Sequence record: OQ032512.1
Length of the DNA stretch: 64,000 nt
Direction: 5' to 3' (one strand)
From: Acinetobacter phage nACB2
The first letter of the stretch is position 1. Each line of letters starts with the position of its first letter. The translations under genes and the position numbers were made by a program. This document shows, piece after piece, positions 35,845 through 45,216 of the stretch. The notes under the pieces were generated by a model. The model was not told where the DNA came from and did not search any database. It saw only the letters and a list, made by a program, of their open reading frames with translations.

Positions 35845-36245
35845 GATGTGCGTACAATCTTAATAGAATCTTCAGACATCTCCAGCTCATTTTCGTACAG
35901 ATACTTGATCTTGATAATGAGATGGTGATGTTTTGAACCGTCAAAATCTATTGCTTTAATGACAATTCTTGGTTCATCAATTCTAGCAATCTCCTCAATC
36001 TTAGATGTTATCTGCGCTCTCAACAAAGCATTATCATTATCGAACAAAGTCTGATAGATATTTCCGCCGTGGATATCGCTGCGCATAATAAAATCTTCAA
36101 TCCCAGATAATACTAGGGTCTTGAATGCTTGAAATACAGCCTTTTTACCGCGCAACAGGTTCAAATCTCTAGTCTGCGGGTGTATGAGAAAATTGGGGTC
36201 GAAATCAGCCATTAGAGTTATCTCCAGTATTTTGTTGCGCACCAA
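35841..36245 (-). CDS. gp25: baseplate wedge protein, GPW/gp25 family
   Basis: 134 aa. The pattern of hydrophobic and charged residues matches T4 gp25 (about 132 aa). Adjacent to the spike genes. Confidence 0.55.
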   Translation of the reverse strand: MVRNKILEITLMADFDPNFLIHPQTRDLNLLRGKKAVFQAFKTLVLSGIEDFIMRSDIHGGNIYQTLFDNDNALLRAQITSKIEEIARIDEPRIVIKAIDFDGSKHHHLIIKIKYLYENELEMSEDSIKIVRTS

Positions 36246-37647
36246 GTGGTATTATTTGAGCGCCCATTCCAAGGTAGGGTAAATCATTGTAAACAAAGAA
36301 CCCACTATATTGAGAAGGCATTTCATCAAGTCTAGGAATGAACATACCATTAGCAACGTTCAAAGGCGCGTCTGGTTTGATCTGTTTACTGCCACCATCT
36401 TGATCAGTTTCAATCTGAATAGACTGAGACAGATTAGCTAGAGACATACCAGCTGGAGATCCGGGAGCAAATGCGTTAGCAAACTTTGCAACCTCTGCAG
36501 TAGCAGCATTGAGTTGAGCAACAGGCGCGGTACAAGTTAATTCAGCTGCGGTAACATCAGTGGAATTAATCTCTTTTGCATCCATAGGCTTAGAAAAGGC
36601 TGAAGGCGCGTTTACCTGCAAATCTGACGATTCTACGGTCATCTGATCATTAGACATAACCTTTTGACCGACCTTCTCATAAGATTGCCCCTCGACAATT
36701 TCTGCTTGGTCTTCCTTCTGAAGCTTCTGAACTGAACCGCCTGCAAGCAAATAAAGGTCTTTATGAGCCTTTATCACAACATCACCGTCCATATGCATTT
36801 CAATGTAAGAACCTGACATATGGAATATCATAATCCTTTCGGCGCCAGGAGTATCATCCACCTCAATGCAATGACCAGACGGCGATTGGTACACCTTATT
36901 ATGAGGATATTGAGGAGCTGCCTTACCTCTTGGTTCAGTTACTCCAGATATTCTAGAATCTGGAGTTGAGGCGTCAGTAGAGCTACCTGATGACTCAGGC
37001 AACTCCTCAACTTCCTTTCCCAATAAAACGCTCAATGCGCGTTTATACATTGACGTACGCTCTTCCATATGAAGACTAGCAGCATTAATGCGTTTCACAC
37101 AAACAGCCCAGTTTCCTGAATCAGCCTGACGGTTCAAACCTTTGTCGCTCCAGAACCAACAAGCCGAAGCTGATGCGGCAGGTTTTTGTTGCAATACTTC
37201 AGGGTTACTCAGAGAATTGAATGATGGTTCTTTACGATGAAAGGCTGCTACGTTACCTTTACCTGTTAACTGTATAAGACCTTGACCACGGTATTTCCAA
37301 CCATCACCCGAAGCTTCGGAACCATTACCATTTTTGTTAGCATAAACGTAGTTAGCAATCTTTTGAGGATTTCTAGCATATGACTCCGCCGACACCTTTG
37401 CGAACTTAGATGGAAACGTATTTCTCAACCCTTCAGCTGAATAGTTCAGATTTTCAACGAGGGTCTTGAAGTTATTAGATTCTACAGACAAGTTACCAAA
37501 GAACATAGAAATACGATACGTAGTTGTAATATCGTATTTCTTCATATATGGCCATAGCACTGAATGCCAATCTGACGCATTGCTCAGACCGAAAATCTTT
37601 TGTAGATGATCTACTGTTAATTCAACAGGAATATTTTCCGCGCTCAT
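36205..37647 (-). CDS. tail-associated lysozyme: N-terminal GH19-type muramidase plus a gp5-like spike C-terminal region
   Basis: YRGQGLIQLTGKGNVAAF matches the GH19/class-I chitinase lytic motif (GRG.IQLTG..NY). beta-rich C-terminal part (VYQSPSGHCIEVDDTPGAERIMIFH...). Confidence 0.6.
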   Translation of the reverse strand: MSAENIPVELTVDHLQKIFGLSNASDWHSVLWPYMKKYDITTTYRISMFFGNLSVESNNFKTLVENLNYSAEGLRNTFPSKFAKVSAESYARNPQKIANYVYANKNGNGSEASGDGWKYRGQGLIQLTGKGNVAAFHRKEPSFNSLSNPEVLQQKPAASASACWFWSDKGLNRQADSGNWAVCVKRINAASLHMEERTSMYKRALSVLLGKEVEELPESSGSSTDASTPDSRISGVTEPRGKAAPQYPHNKVYQSPSGHCIEVDDTPGAERIMIFHMSGSYIEMHMDGDVVIKAHKDLYLLAGGSVQKLQKEDQAEIVEGQSYEKVGQKVMSNDQMTVESSDLQVNAPSAFSKPMDAKEINSTDVTAAELTCTAPVAQLNAATAEVAKFANAFAPGSPAGMSLANLSQSIQIETDQDGGSKQIKPDAPLNVANGMFIPRLDEMPSQYSGFFVYNDLPYLGMGAQIIPLGAQQNTGDNSNG

Positions 37648-38600
37648 TATTTTTTCCTCAAGTTAGCAGTATCTGGGAATGAAGCTCCAATCAAAGATGA
37701 TCTCGCATATGATGTTCTTGTGACCTCACCGCCGTTTTGAGAAGCCTTATTCTTGGAAGACTGGTTACCACCCACTGCGTAAATGCGTCCATTCTTTTCA
37801 TATTCGCAGAAGAACACGTGTCCAGAACTAGCGCCCCGATTACCAGCAATGACACATATTGATCCAGGAGGTATTGGTTTTTGATTTAGGACATTCTTGC
37901 CGTATTTCACATAAGAACGCGCAGCAGCTGAACCAGAGCCTTTGATACCAACCTGATTTAGACACCAACCAATGAAAGAAGCGCACCAAGGCGTCTCACC
38001 ACCCCATTTAGATGAACCTCCGCCTTTAGCGTGGTATTGTCTGATCTGATTAGGGTGATCTCGCTCGTTCTTGCCTAGTTCACCAATGGCCACTTTCAAC
38101 CAAGGATAGTTCGCTAACTCTTCTGGACTGATTTGAGTTTCATTGCCATTAGTTGAGCCGTCAATATCGCCTTCAATTGCATTAGCGTCTTTAGCTGCAT
38201 AAACATCCGAAGACGTTACAATACCTCTAGCTAATGGGTTAACATCATGATCCGTACCATTTGGAAAGGGCATAGCTGTATCTGTAAGATTTTGACGTTG
38301 CCCAGCTATGGTGAACTGTACTTCCCATTCTTGGTAATCATTCTCGCTTTTTGGTCTTAGTCTGACCATTGAGCCTTCGAGAAGCCCTAATGGGGCAGCG
38401 CCTAGACCTGATACAAATGGATTAGTTGCAGGCACAGCAATAGAACACCAAGGTAATTTTTCTTTTGGTACTTCTGCTGTGTTTAATGAATGAATTCCAA
38501 ATATGCGTACGCGCACCCGACCTGTTTCAGTTGGATCCATAAGGTCTTCAACGATGCCCACATAATCGCCGCAATATAACGGTCTTGATATTTGAGACAT
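37647..38600 (-). CDS. baseplate hub/spike protein: gp5-like N-terminal OB-fold plus C-terminal CHAP peptidase
   Basis: N-terminus (CGDYVGIVEDLMDPTETGRVRVRIFGIH) resembles the gp5/VgrG OB domain. C-terminus has a CHAP Cys and His (PWCASFIGW ... SSGHVFF). Confidence 0.6.
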   Translation of the reverse strand: MSQISRPLYCGDYVGIVEDLMDPTETGRVRVRIFGIHSLNTAEVPKEKLPWCSIAVPATNPFVSGLGAAPLGLLEGSMVRLRPKSENDYQEWEVQFTIAGQRQNLTDTAMPFPNGTDHDVNPLARGIVTSSDVYAAKDANAIEGDIDGSTNGNETQISPEELANYPWLKVAIGELGKNERDHPNQIRQYHAKGGGSSKWGGETPWCASFIGWCLNQVGIKGSGSAAARSYVKYGKNVLNQKPIPPGSICVIAGNRGASSGHVFFCEYEKNGRIYAVGGNQSSKNKASQNGGEVTRTSYARSSLIGASFPDTANLRKK

Positions 38601-38610
38601 AAAAAAGCCT

Positions 38611-38653
38611 GATTGATAAATTCTCTATTGAGATATTTATCAATCAGGCAAAA
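38611..38653 (-). promoter_or_regulatory. 15-bp perfect inverted repeat immediately upstream of the spike gene
   Basis: GCCTGATTGATAAAT/ATTTATCAATCAGGC with a 13-nt loop. On the - strand it contains GATAAATAT (T4 late consensus TATAAATA, one mismatch), followed by TTTTTT and the ATG. Confidence 0.4.
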
Positions 38654-38685
38654 TAAAAGGGGCGTTTGCCCCTAGTATTATTTTA
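38648..38685 (-). terminator. rho-independent terminator (AGGGGCGTTTGCCCCT)
   Basis: Hairpin flanked by A-run and T-run, downstream of the stop at 38678. Confidence 0.65.
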
Positions 38686-39016
38686 AGTGTGGACCAAATA
38701 AATCCATTTTGATAAGCATTTGTTTGAACGCTTCAACCATCTCACCCGAGAATGGGTAGTGGCATGATTTGATATATTCAGACACTTCAGATAAAGTTTC
38801 AAAATGAATAGCGTCGCCCCCGTCACCAGCTTCAATGCTAGATTCATTAACCTCGTATAAACCACCAGCTGAATCAACAGACTTATCAAAAGCGATATAA
38901 ATCCAACGGTCGCCTTTGATATAATTTAGAGCAGGAAGACCACTTAATGAATGATCTTTAGAAGTCATGTGGATTTCTTGTGTGAAATTTTCGATGATGA
39001 TATCTTGTTTAGACAT
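38678..39016 (-). CDS. hypothetical early protein
   Basis: 112-aa ORF driven by early promoter P3 with the conserved leader. Confidence 0.5.
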   Translation of the reverse strand: MSKQDIIIENFTQEIHMTSKDHSLSGLPALNYIKGDRWIYIAFDKSVDSAGGLYEVNESSIEAGDGGDAIHFETLSEVSEYIKSCHYPFSGEMVEAFKQMLIKMDLFGPHLK

Positions 39017-39083
39017 TTGATTTACTCCGTTGAGCGTTATTGAATTTCATAGTACCATTATAACCTCTTTTTGATTTGAAGTA
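39014..39083 (-). promoter_or_regulatory. Early promoter P3 on the - strand (CCTTTACTTC-N14-GGTTATAATGG) with leader TTCAATAACGCTCAACGGAGTAAATCAAATG
   Basis: -35 at 39078-39083 and -10 at 39056-39061 in reverse complement. About 50 nt of near-identity to P1. Confidence 0.65.
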
Positions 39084-39152
39084 AAGGAATATTCGCGATT
39101 AACTCGAATTATTTTCTATGCTTCCATATAGTAGTCTGGAACCCACTATTTT

Positions 39153-39185
39153 GGTATTAAAAAGCCCTGTACTAAACAGGGCTTA
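39153..39185 (-). terminator. rho-independent terminator (AAGCCCTGTACTAAACAGGGCTT family)
   Basis: Hairpin plus T-run on the - strand, downstream of the stop at 39205. Related to the 20068 and 49111 repeat. Confidence 0.6.
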
Positions 39186-39204
39186 AAATTACATTTCTAT
39201 AATT

Positions 39205-39846
39205 TTATGATGATGATTTTGCTGCTTCAACTTCAGCCTTTTTCTTAGCTGCGCGCTCTTTTGCTGCTATAGACATTTGAACGCGCTTTTTGATTTCTTC
39301 ATCAGAAAGGTCTTTATACTTCGGATTCAACTTAGCTTCTGCAAAAGCTGCATCAAATGGGTCTGTATAACCATTCTGTTCCACAATTTGGTCTGAAACT
39401 TCTTGCGGTGTACGATCATCACCTTCAGAAGAACCTTCGAATGCCTTTTCGCTAGGCGTTAAAGCATCATTAAGTTTAGTTGCTGTTTCAGCAACTTCTT
39501 CTGCTACTTTATCGACATCCAAGACTGGTTTACTTTCTGGAACATCATCTTTTGTTCCAGTATCAGCCAGTTCGGCTTTAGGCGCGTCAATAGATACGTT
39601 AGCATCATCTTTTGTAGCCACTTCAATTGTTTCTGTTGATGCTTGAGTTGCCAGCTTTCGATTTTCAGATTGTTCTGCTCGGATTTCATCGAAATGATCT
39701 GAGTACATTTTGTCTGCATTTGGTAACCCCATTAAGAGTTCATCAATACGTTCTGTACGTTTCGCTACTACACCGCGTGGCGTTAATACAGCATTTGGAT
39801 TCTTGCGAATCATCACCTCGATATGAGGTGGCATACGTGTTTGCAT
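39205..39846 (-). CDS. acidic low-complexity protein
   Basis: 213 aa, rich in Glu/Asp/Ala/Lys with a basic tail. Confidence 0.4.
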   Translation of the reverse strand: MQTRMPPHIEVMIRKNPNAVLTPRGVVAKRTERIDELLMGLPNADKMYSDHFDEIRAEQSENRKLATQASTETIEVATKDDANVSIDAPKAELADTGTKDDVPESKPVLDVDKVAEEVAETATKLNDALTPSEKAFEGSSEGDDRTPQEVSDQIVEQNGYTDPFDAAFAEAKLNPKYKDLSDEEIKKRVQMSIAAKERAAKKKAEVEAAKSSS

Positions 39847-39847
39847 T

Positions 39848-40270
39848 TTAAATATCCTTCTGGATTATAGGCGTTTGTACAGGCTTAGAAAAGTTCAATT
39901 GTACCACTTCTACGCCCATACGCTTCAAGTAATCAATACCGTCTGTTAGACGATATCCTTCAATATATTCTACATAGGACACGCCTTGTTCAACTATACG
40001 TTTAGCGCAAGCTAAACAAGGTGAATGGGTGATGTGTAGAGATACAATATCATCAGACTGTTCTAAAACATGTTCTTCTCCATGAGTAACTTCATCTTTG
40101 GAACGCTCCATTGTTATCTCACACGGAGAACCGTCTTTCATATGATTCCAACCCAAGAATATATTTCCTCTTGAATCTTTTCCAATAGCTCCAACCTGCA
40201 GTCTGAGGCAATTTGAGTTCTTAGCTAGAGAATACAATTGATTCGGGCGAATGAGTCTATGCGGATTCAT
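39848..40270 (-). CDS. cd: dCMP / cytidine-family deaminase
   Basis: Zinc motifs HGEEH (H.E) and SPCLACAKRI (PCxxC). Confidence 0.7.
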   Translation of the reverse strand: MNPHRLIRPNQLYSLAKNSNCLRLQVGAIGKDSRGNIFLGWNHMKDGSPCEITMERSKDEVTHGEEHVLEQSDDIVSLHITHSPCLACAKRIVEQGVSYVEYIEGYRLTDGIDYLKRMGVEVVQLNFSKPVQTPIIQKDI

Positions 40271-40476
40271 TCTTTCACCGCCTTTACATTTTTTAGATAG
40301 AATATGTCGTTGTTAATATAACCTGTCAACGTATGAGTCACGCCAGAAAGACTGTTCTTGTATTTCAAGAATACATCGCGCTTCTCATCCATTCTACCGT
40401 TCCATTCAGAAAGGTTGATTGATAAACCCTTTTCTACAATTTTATCAATAATGAATTCAGGAAGACATAGTTGCAT
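40267..40476 (-). CDS. hypothetical protein
   Basis: 69-aa ORF. Confidence 0.3.
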   Translation of the reverse strand: MQLCLPEFIIDKIVEKGLSINLSEWNGRMDEKRDVFLKYKNSLSGVTHTLTGYINNDIFYLKNVKAVKE

Positions 40477-40477
40477 T

Positions 40478-41299
40478 TTAGAACAACTCCAATAAAGAGT
40501 TAGTCGTTGAATACTTCTTGATCAGCTCTTCAGACGGAGAGTATTTGTATTCTCTGTTAGAACGGTAGATTTCATTCCACTTTTCTAGGTCTGGAACAAA
40601 GTGATAATCATCTTCAAAGTCAACGCCTTCAATTGAGTTGTTCTTCAAGATATCAGCCACTATAGGTGCTAGATACTCAGTTGGGCCAATTAAAACATTA
40701 GCGCCGTAGAAGATAGCATGGTTTAGACCCTTTTCAGTGGACTTAATCTTCTCTAGCACATGTTTGATCTGCATTGGTTCAAACTTTCCAGCGCGCGCAC
40801 GACGTTCCATAATGCGTTCTAGATGGAGTTCACAAGGATGATTAAACCCGCACCATACAGATACGTGACCCATAGCTCGTAGCTCTCGGTCTAGGCGGTA
40901 CATTGCTGAGAATACTGAAGACCATAAGATGCCTTCCATAATAACAGACTTGGTGCGGATTAGGTCTTTGACCATAGGAGCAATAACATAGAAGTCGCGT
41001 ACGACATCTAGACCACCACAATCACGCTCATAAGAACCTAACAAAAAGAAGTCGTCATATTCATAATACGGGAATGTTAGTGTACCGTGCTTCTCAGAAG
41101 GTACTTCAATAGACTTCAACTCACCTTTACCAAAGTTTTCAATAATTTTGCGAACGGTGTAAGATTTACCCGAACCGTTGGAACCACGAATGTTTATCAA
41201 AACATTACCAGTTTGTTTAATCTCAGGAAGAATCTCAATATCAGAGTTCTTAGAAATAGTCTTTGAGATTTCAAATTTTCTTGTCATTACACACTCCAA
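40478..41299 (-). CDS. P-loop NTPase (nucleotide kinase-like?)
   Basis: Walker A NIRGSNGSGKSYTV. Family not resolved. Confidence 0.45.
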   Translation of the reverse strand: MECVMTRKFEISKTISKNSDIEILPEIKQTGNVLINIRGSNGSGKSYTVRKIIENFGKGELKSIEVPSEKHGTLTFPYYEYDDFFLLGSYERDCGGLDVVRDFYVIAPMVKDLIRTKSVIMEGILWSSVFSAMYRLDRELRAMGHVSVWCGFNHPCELHLERIMERRARAGKFEPMQIKHVLEKIKSTEKGLNHAIFYGANVLIGPTEYLAPIVADILKNNSIEGVDFEDDYHFVPDLEKWNEIYRSNREYKYSPSEELIKKYSTTNSLLELF

Positions 41300-41329
41300 A
41301 AAGAAGGGGCGATGCCCCTTCTTATGTAA

Positions 41330-41569
41330 TCAGGCTACGCGTTCAATACTTGCTTCAAGCTCGGCTTCCAAAGCAGCGTCTACTTTAGTTACACATTTCC
41401 ACGCTCCAAACTTCATATTGCCGTAATGTTGGCGCATATAAAGGTCACCATTCTGTACTTGTACCTGTTTCATTTCAGGTGTGATCTGTAAAGTGGCGTG
41501 ATTTAATACTACTGTAGCAATGGTAGATGCTTTTACGTTGTATTGCTTACAAATATTTTTCAACTTCAT
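41330..41569 (-). CDS. hypothetical protein
   Basis: 79-aa ORF. A terminator hairpin lies at 41303-41333 downstream of its stop. Confidence 0.35.
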   Translation of the reverse strand: MKLKNICKQYNVKASTIATVVLNHATLQITPEMKQVQVQNGDLYMRQHYGNMKFGAWKCVTKVDAALEAELEASIERVA

Positions 41570-41859
41570 TTCTTGAGTCCTTCAACTTTTTCCAATTCTC
41601 GCATAGCGATAGAAATATGACTGTATGTGTCGTGATCCAATTTATTGAATCCAGAGCTGTGACGGTTCATCAAAACCTTTAAAAATTCATAGCCCTCTTG
41701 AGTATGAACTAAATTTTGCTGAAGCTCGTTTTTCAATTTAGTTGAATCCACGCCCTGACCAACTTCCAAAGCAGCAGTCATTGCCTTCTTTGTAGCTTGA
41801 ATAACATCTTGTTCAGCGTTATACAATTTGCGCTCATCTTCAGTGAATAGTCCGCCCAT
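41566..41859 (-). CDS. hypothetical protein
   Basis: 97-aa ORF. Confidence 0.35.
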   Translation of the reverse strand: MGGLFTEDERKLYNAEQDVIQATKKAMTAALEVGQGVDSTKLKNELQQNLVHTQEGYEFLKVLMNRHSSGFNKLDHDTYSHISIAMRELEKVEGLKK

Positions 41860-43568
41860 TACATTTTAACCTCAATTATGCTGGAAAGGAACCAGTCAGG
41901 GAAAATTTCACGGTTGTCGTGTAGTAAGCGCCCGAAAGAGCTATCTGTAATATAGGTTGTAGCATGGTCATCTACGCCCCGCACAGAACGACCTGCAGCC
42001 TGAACAATCTGTAGAATTGCTTTGCGAGCATACCAGCCTGAACGATATTCTGAATTCAGTTTGATCAAAGGGTCGCCGAGATAACCGTATGGAACTTTAG
42101 CAATGACTTGGAAACGGCTCATATCACCTTTGAAGTCGTAACCTTTCACGATAGACGGACTGATACACACTCGACCTGAATTGTGATTAGACATCTCATC
42201 AACAATTTCATTTCGATCGCGTCCAATAAAAGCGCCACCCTTTTTCGGAAGGTGCTGGAAGATGTTATTACCCAAGGCGTAAGACACACAATGGATCAAT
42301 CCATTACTAGGCGCGTGACGCTCGATGATTTTACTCATGAATACTCCCATCTTTTCAAAATCTTTAAATCCCGCGTTGACTTTGAACTTAGGAATGTAAT
42401 AGATTTTACGGTTACTCAATGGGATGGGATTATCTAATTCACCGTAGACAAATTTTGAAAGCCCTAGAGTGGACGCGTATTCATCAATACCGCAAATGGT
42501 AGCAGACATATGCAGGAAAATATCAGCTTTACGGAACAATGCATAGTCAGCAACCTGCCAAGCGAAAATAGGTTTAACTACAGACATTTGTCTTTCAGCA
42601 TCGTTCATATATTCATTAACAATCCATTTAGCTCCTGCAGCAGCTTTACCAAATAGGGTCAATTTATCACCAATCTGTTGCATTAATTCTAGCATATCAC
42701 CGTAGCGTTCTACCTTGGAATCAGACATACCGTTGTCTTTGTCGGAAAGAATACCGTCCAGAGTTTCTTGAATATCTTCAGAGATATCATGAAGAATGTT
42801 ACACTCAGCTGCCAATTCTTCAGGTGTGTCAAAGTATTCTTGCTTAGAATACGCTTCCAACATTTTATGTAATTCAACCATACCTTCGTAGAATTGAGGA
42901 AAACCTAATTCTTCAGTAAATCGGTATTGTCCCGGAATGATTGTAATAGATGTATGGTCTACAATGGCATCATCAATCTCATGACATTCATCAATAACCA
43001 TAAGTTGAGTTTTTGTTTCATCTGTCATGCACAGAGAATCGCAAGCTTCAATTTGGAAGCTGAAATTTGAAGAACGTAACTCTGCTTCATTACACCATTT
43101 AGTGCGCTTAATGACGTACGGACATTCGCGTTTTGCAACGCAACCGCCGTTACGACGCATTGTTCGACACTGACCGCTGTTATATGGTCCTTTATTGAAT
43201 GGACATTTATAATTGGTACGTCCGCGAAGATCATAAATGCGCTTATCTGTCTCAATATACTGTTGTTGTAGACCAATAGTAGCAGTAATAATCGTGGTAC
43301 GGAAGCCTTTAGCTAGGTCTTTCAATACAGCGTCTACGGTAGTTGCAATTACAGATTTACCAATACCTGTAGGCGCTTGTAGTACAACGTGTTTCTCGCC
43401 CTTCAAAAATTGAGAGCACACCCAAACGATAGCTTGTAACTGTCCCGGATTTGGGGTTTCAAACGGGAAATGTTTTTTGGCTAATGTTAGCAACATTTCA
43501 TTTTCTGGAGCAGAACCAGAACGCAACAAGTTATATGGATTTACGTATTCTTCAGCTTCGTTAAGCAT
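41859..43568 (-). CDS. SF2 helicase of the DinG/XPD (Rad3) family with an Fe-S domain
   Basis: Motif I LQAPTGIGKS. Four-Cys cluster between motifs I and II (YKCP..GQCRTMRRNGGCVAKRECP). DEAH-like VIDECH. Confidence 0.7.
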   Translation of the reverse strand: MLNEAEEYVNPYNLLRSGSAPENEMLLTLAKKHFPFETPNPGQLQAIVWVCSQFLKGEKHVVLQAPTGIGKSVIATTVDAVLKDLAKGFRTTIITATIGLQQQYIETDKRIYDLRGRTNYKCPFNKGPYNSGQCRTMRRNGGCVAKRECPYVIKRTKWCNEAELRSSNFSFQIEACDSLCMTDETKTQLMVIDECHEIDDAIVDHTSITIIPGQYRFTEELGFPQFYEGMVELHKMLEAYSKQEYFDTPEELAAECNILHDISEDIQETLDGILSDKDNGMSDSKVERYGDMLELMQQIGDKLTLFGKAAAGAKWIVNEYMNDAERQMSVVKPIFAWQVADYALFRKADIFLHMSATICGIDEYASTLGLSKFVYGELDNPIPLSNRKIYYIPKFKVNAGFKDFEKMGVFMSKIIERHAPSNGLIHCVSYALGNNIFQHLPKKGGAFIGRDRNEIVDEMSNHNSGRVCISPSIVKGYDFKGDMSRFQVIAKVPYGYLGDPLIKLNSEYRSGWYARKAILQIVQAAGRSVRGVDDHATTYITDSSFGRLLHDNREIFPDWFLSSIIEVKM

Positions 43569-43571
43569 ATC

Positions 43572-44234
43572 TTATCCTTCGATTGAGTCATTACCTGAGA
43601 ATGTGAGCATGAAACGGTACGCATCTAGCGCCGCATCATGAGCTGGGTGGTGGTAAACAAATTGTTCACATTTAACGTCTTCGGGCTTGAGTTTTGCATA
43701 ACGGCAACCAGTAAACAATTTGAACATTACAGAACATTCCCAAGTAGCGTACGGATTGTACGGCAAAGGTACTTTGGTCTGAGACTTATCGTTACCCATT
43801 GTCACCATATACAAATGTTGTAATTTTGTAATATCGAAGTTGTTGCGATCAATAAGGCGCGTTTGATCTAGGCGCGTTCCGTTCTGAATATGATACGCCT
43901 GAAGTAGATTGAACATTTCCAATACAGAAATATCACCTTCTTTGGGCTTGATAATCATTTCTCGAACGGATTCTGGTTGATCTTTCCAGAATTGCATAGC
44001 ACTCTTGGAAACACCTCGACCTAGACGCACTTGCTCATCAATGTTAAACTTCCATGCTTTAGCGCGTTCAATCAAAGATTCTAGGGTCAATTCATCCGTT
44101 CCATCTAAATGACCCTGTTTTAGTTCATCGTCAGATATGTAACAAACGCCAGTCATTGCAATGATGGATGTATCCCATAGACTTAATGTCTCGTGGTCTA
44201 TAAACGTCCATCCAGAAGGGGCTTTATAGCGCAT
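43572..44234 (-). CDS. DEDDh 3'-5' exonuclease (DexA/RNase T-like)
   Basis: Exo III motif HHPAHDAALDAY (H.A..DA). Confidence 0.6.
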   Translation of the reverse strand: MRYKAPSGWTFIDHETLSLWDTSIIAMTGVCYISDDELKQGHLDGTDELTLESLIERAKAWKFNIDEQVRLGRGVSKSAMQFWKDQPESVREMIIKPKEGDISVLEMFNLLQAYHIQNGTRLDQTRLIDRNNFDITKLQHLYMVTMGNDKSQTKVPLPYNPYATWECSVMFKLFTGCRYAKLKPEDVKCEQFVYHHPAHDAALDAYRFMLTFSGNDSIEG

Positions 44235-44311
44235 ACGCTTGTCTTCCTATAAAAAGGAGATCACTATTGATCTCCAGTTATTATAAAGTATTTTTACGAA
44301 ATACCAAAAAA

Positions 44312-45145
44312 TCAAATAAGGGGTTGACCCTTTTCATCTACAAGCTGAGCTTTAGGTGTAGTCTGAACTTGAGCCACTGCCATTGATGCCGCTGCTGCCG
44401 CTGAGTCTTTAGTCATAGATGGAAAGTACGGTTCATGCCAGTCTGCTGATTTCAAGAACTTATCAGCATCATACGTTTTGCCGTCTGTACCAACTTGATC
44501 ACCTTTAGAGAAAACGGCAAAGATATTTGGCTCTACTTCTTCATGATAAAGCTCAACGCCTATTTCTTTGTATTTTTCGTATGTGCGTTCAAGAGCATCT
44601 TGACCTTGACATAGTTTAGAAAGGTTGGCTAAGGTGACTTGAGATAAGTCGGCGTGCGGATCAATGCCTACAAGGCTAGCAAATTGAAGTAAAACGTTCA
44701 ACAATTCGCGTAATTTTTCAACAAATGACTTATTAGATACTTTGAGAATACCTTGAAGAGACACGAAACAACTTAAATCATCAACCAGACGATCAATTTC
44801 TGTTTTATAGTTGTTAAACGCTTCTGAATTGAAGTGTTGTTCACCACCATGAGATGGAATAGAGTATAGATGAAAAATTGTAGAATCTTCGTCGCCAGCG
44901 CGCCAAAGACTTCCAATTACAGTAGTGAAAAGGTCTGCAATGCCGTCACGGAATTCATCAGAAACATATCCGTGTTCCATGGCTTCAACAGTTTCGTCCC
45001 ATTCTGATTTTGAATAAGCGTGCTGGTTGTATGCATTTTTAGAACCGCAAGGAGCGTCACCCAACTTACGCGTGAAAAGAGAATTCATACGAGCCACTTG
45101 AGTGCCCATAGACATTGCTAGAATATCGCGAATTGTAAAAGACAT
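44312..45145 (-). CDS. hypothetical protein
   Basis: 277-aa ORF. Terminator hairpin GGAGATCA/TGATCTCC downstream at about 44250-44280. Confidence 0.4.
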   Translation of the reverse strand: MSFTIRDILAMSMGTQVARMNSLFTRKLGDAPCGSKNAYNQHAYSKSEWDETVEAMEHGYVSDEFRDGIADLFTTVIGSLWRAGDEDSTIFHLYSIPSHGGEQHFNSEAFNNYKTEIDRLVDDLSCFVSLQGILKVSNKSFVEKLRELLNVLLQFASLVGIDPHADLSQVTLANLSKLCQGQDALERTYEKYKEIGVELYHEEVEPNIFAVFSKGDQVGTDGKTYDADKFLKSADWHEPYFPSMTKDSAAAAASMAVAQVQTTPKAQLVDEKGQPLI

Positions 45146-45165
45146 CTTTTGTTCCTACTGTAGAT

Positions 45166-45195
45166 AAAAAAGGTATGACCGAAATCATACCTTAG
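45166..45195 (-). terminator. rho-independent terminator
   Basis: AAGGTATGA-CCGAAA-TCATACCTT hairpin plus a T-run on the - strand, downstream of the stop at 45217. Confidence 0.6.
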
Positions 45196-45216
45196 TTTTT
45201 AAAAAGATTATAAAAA

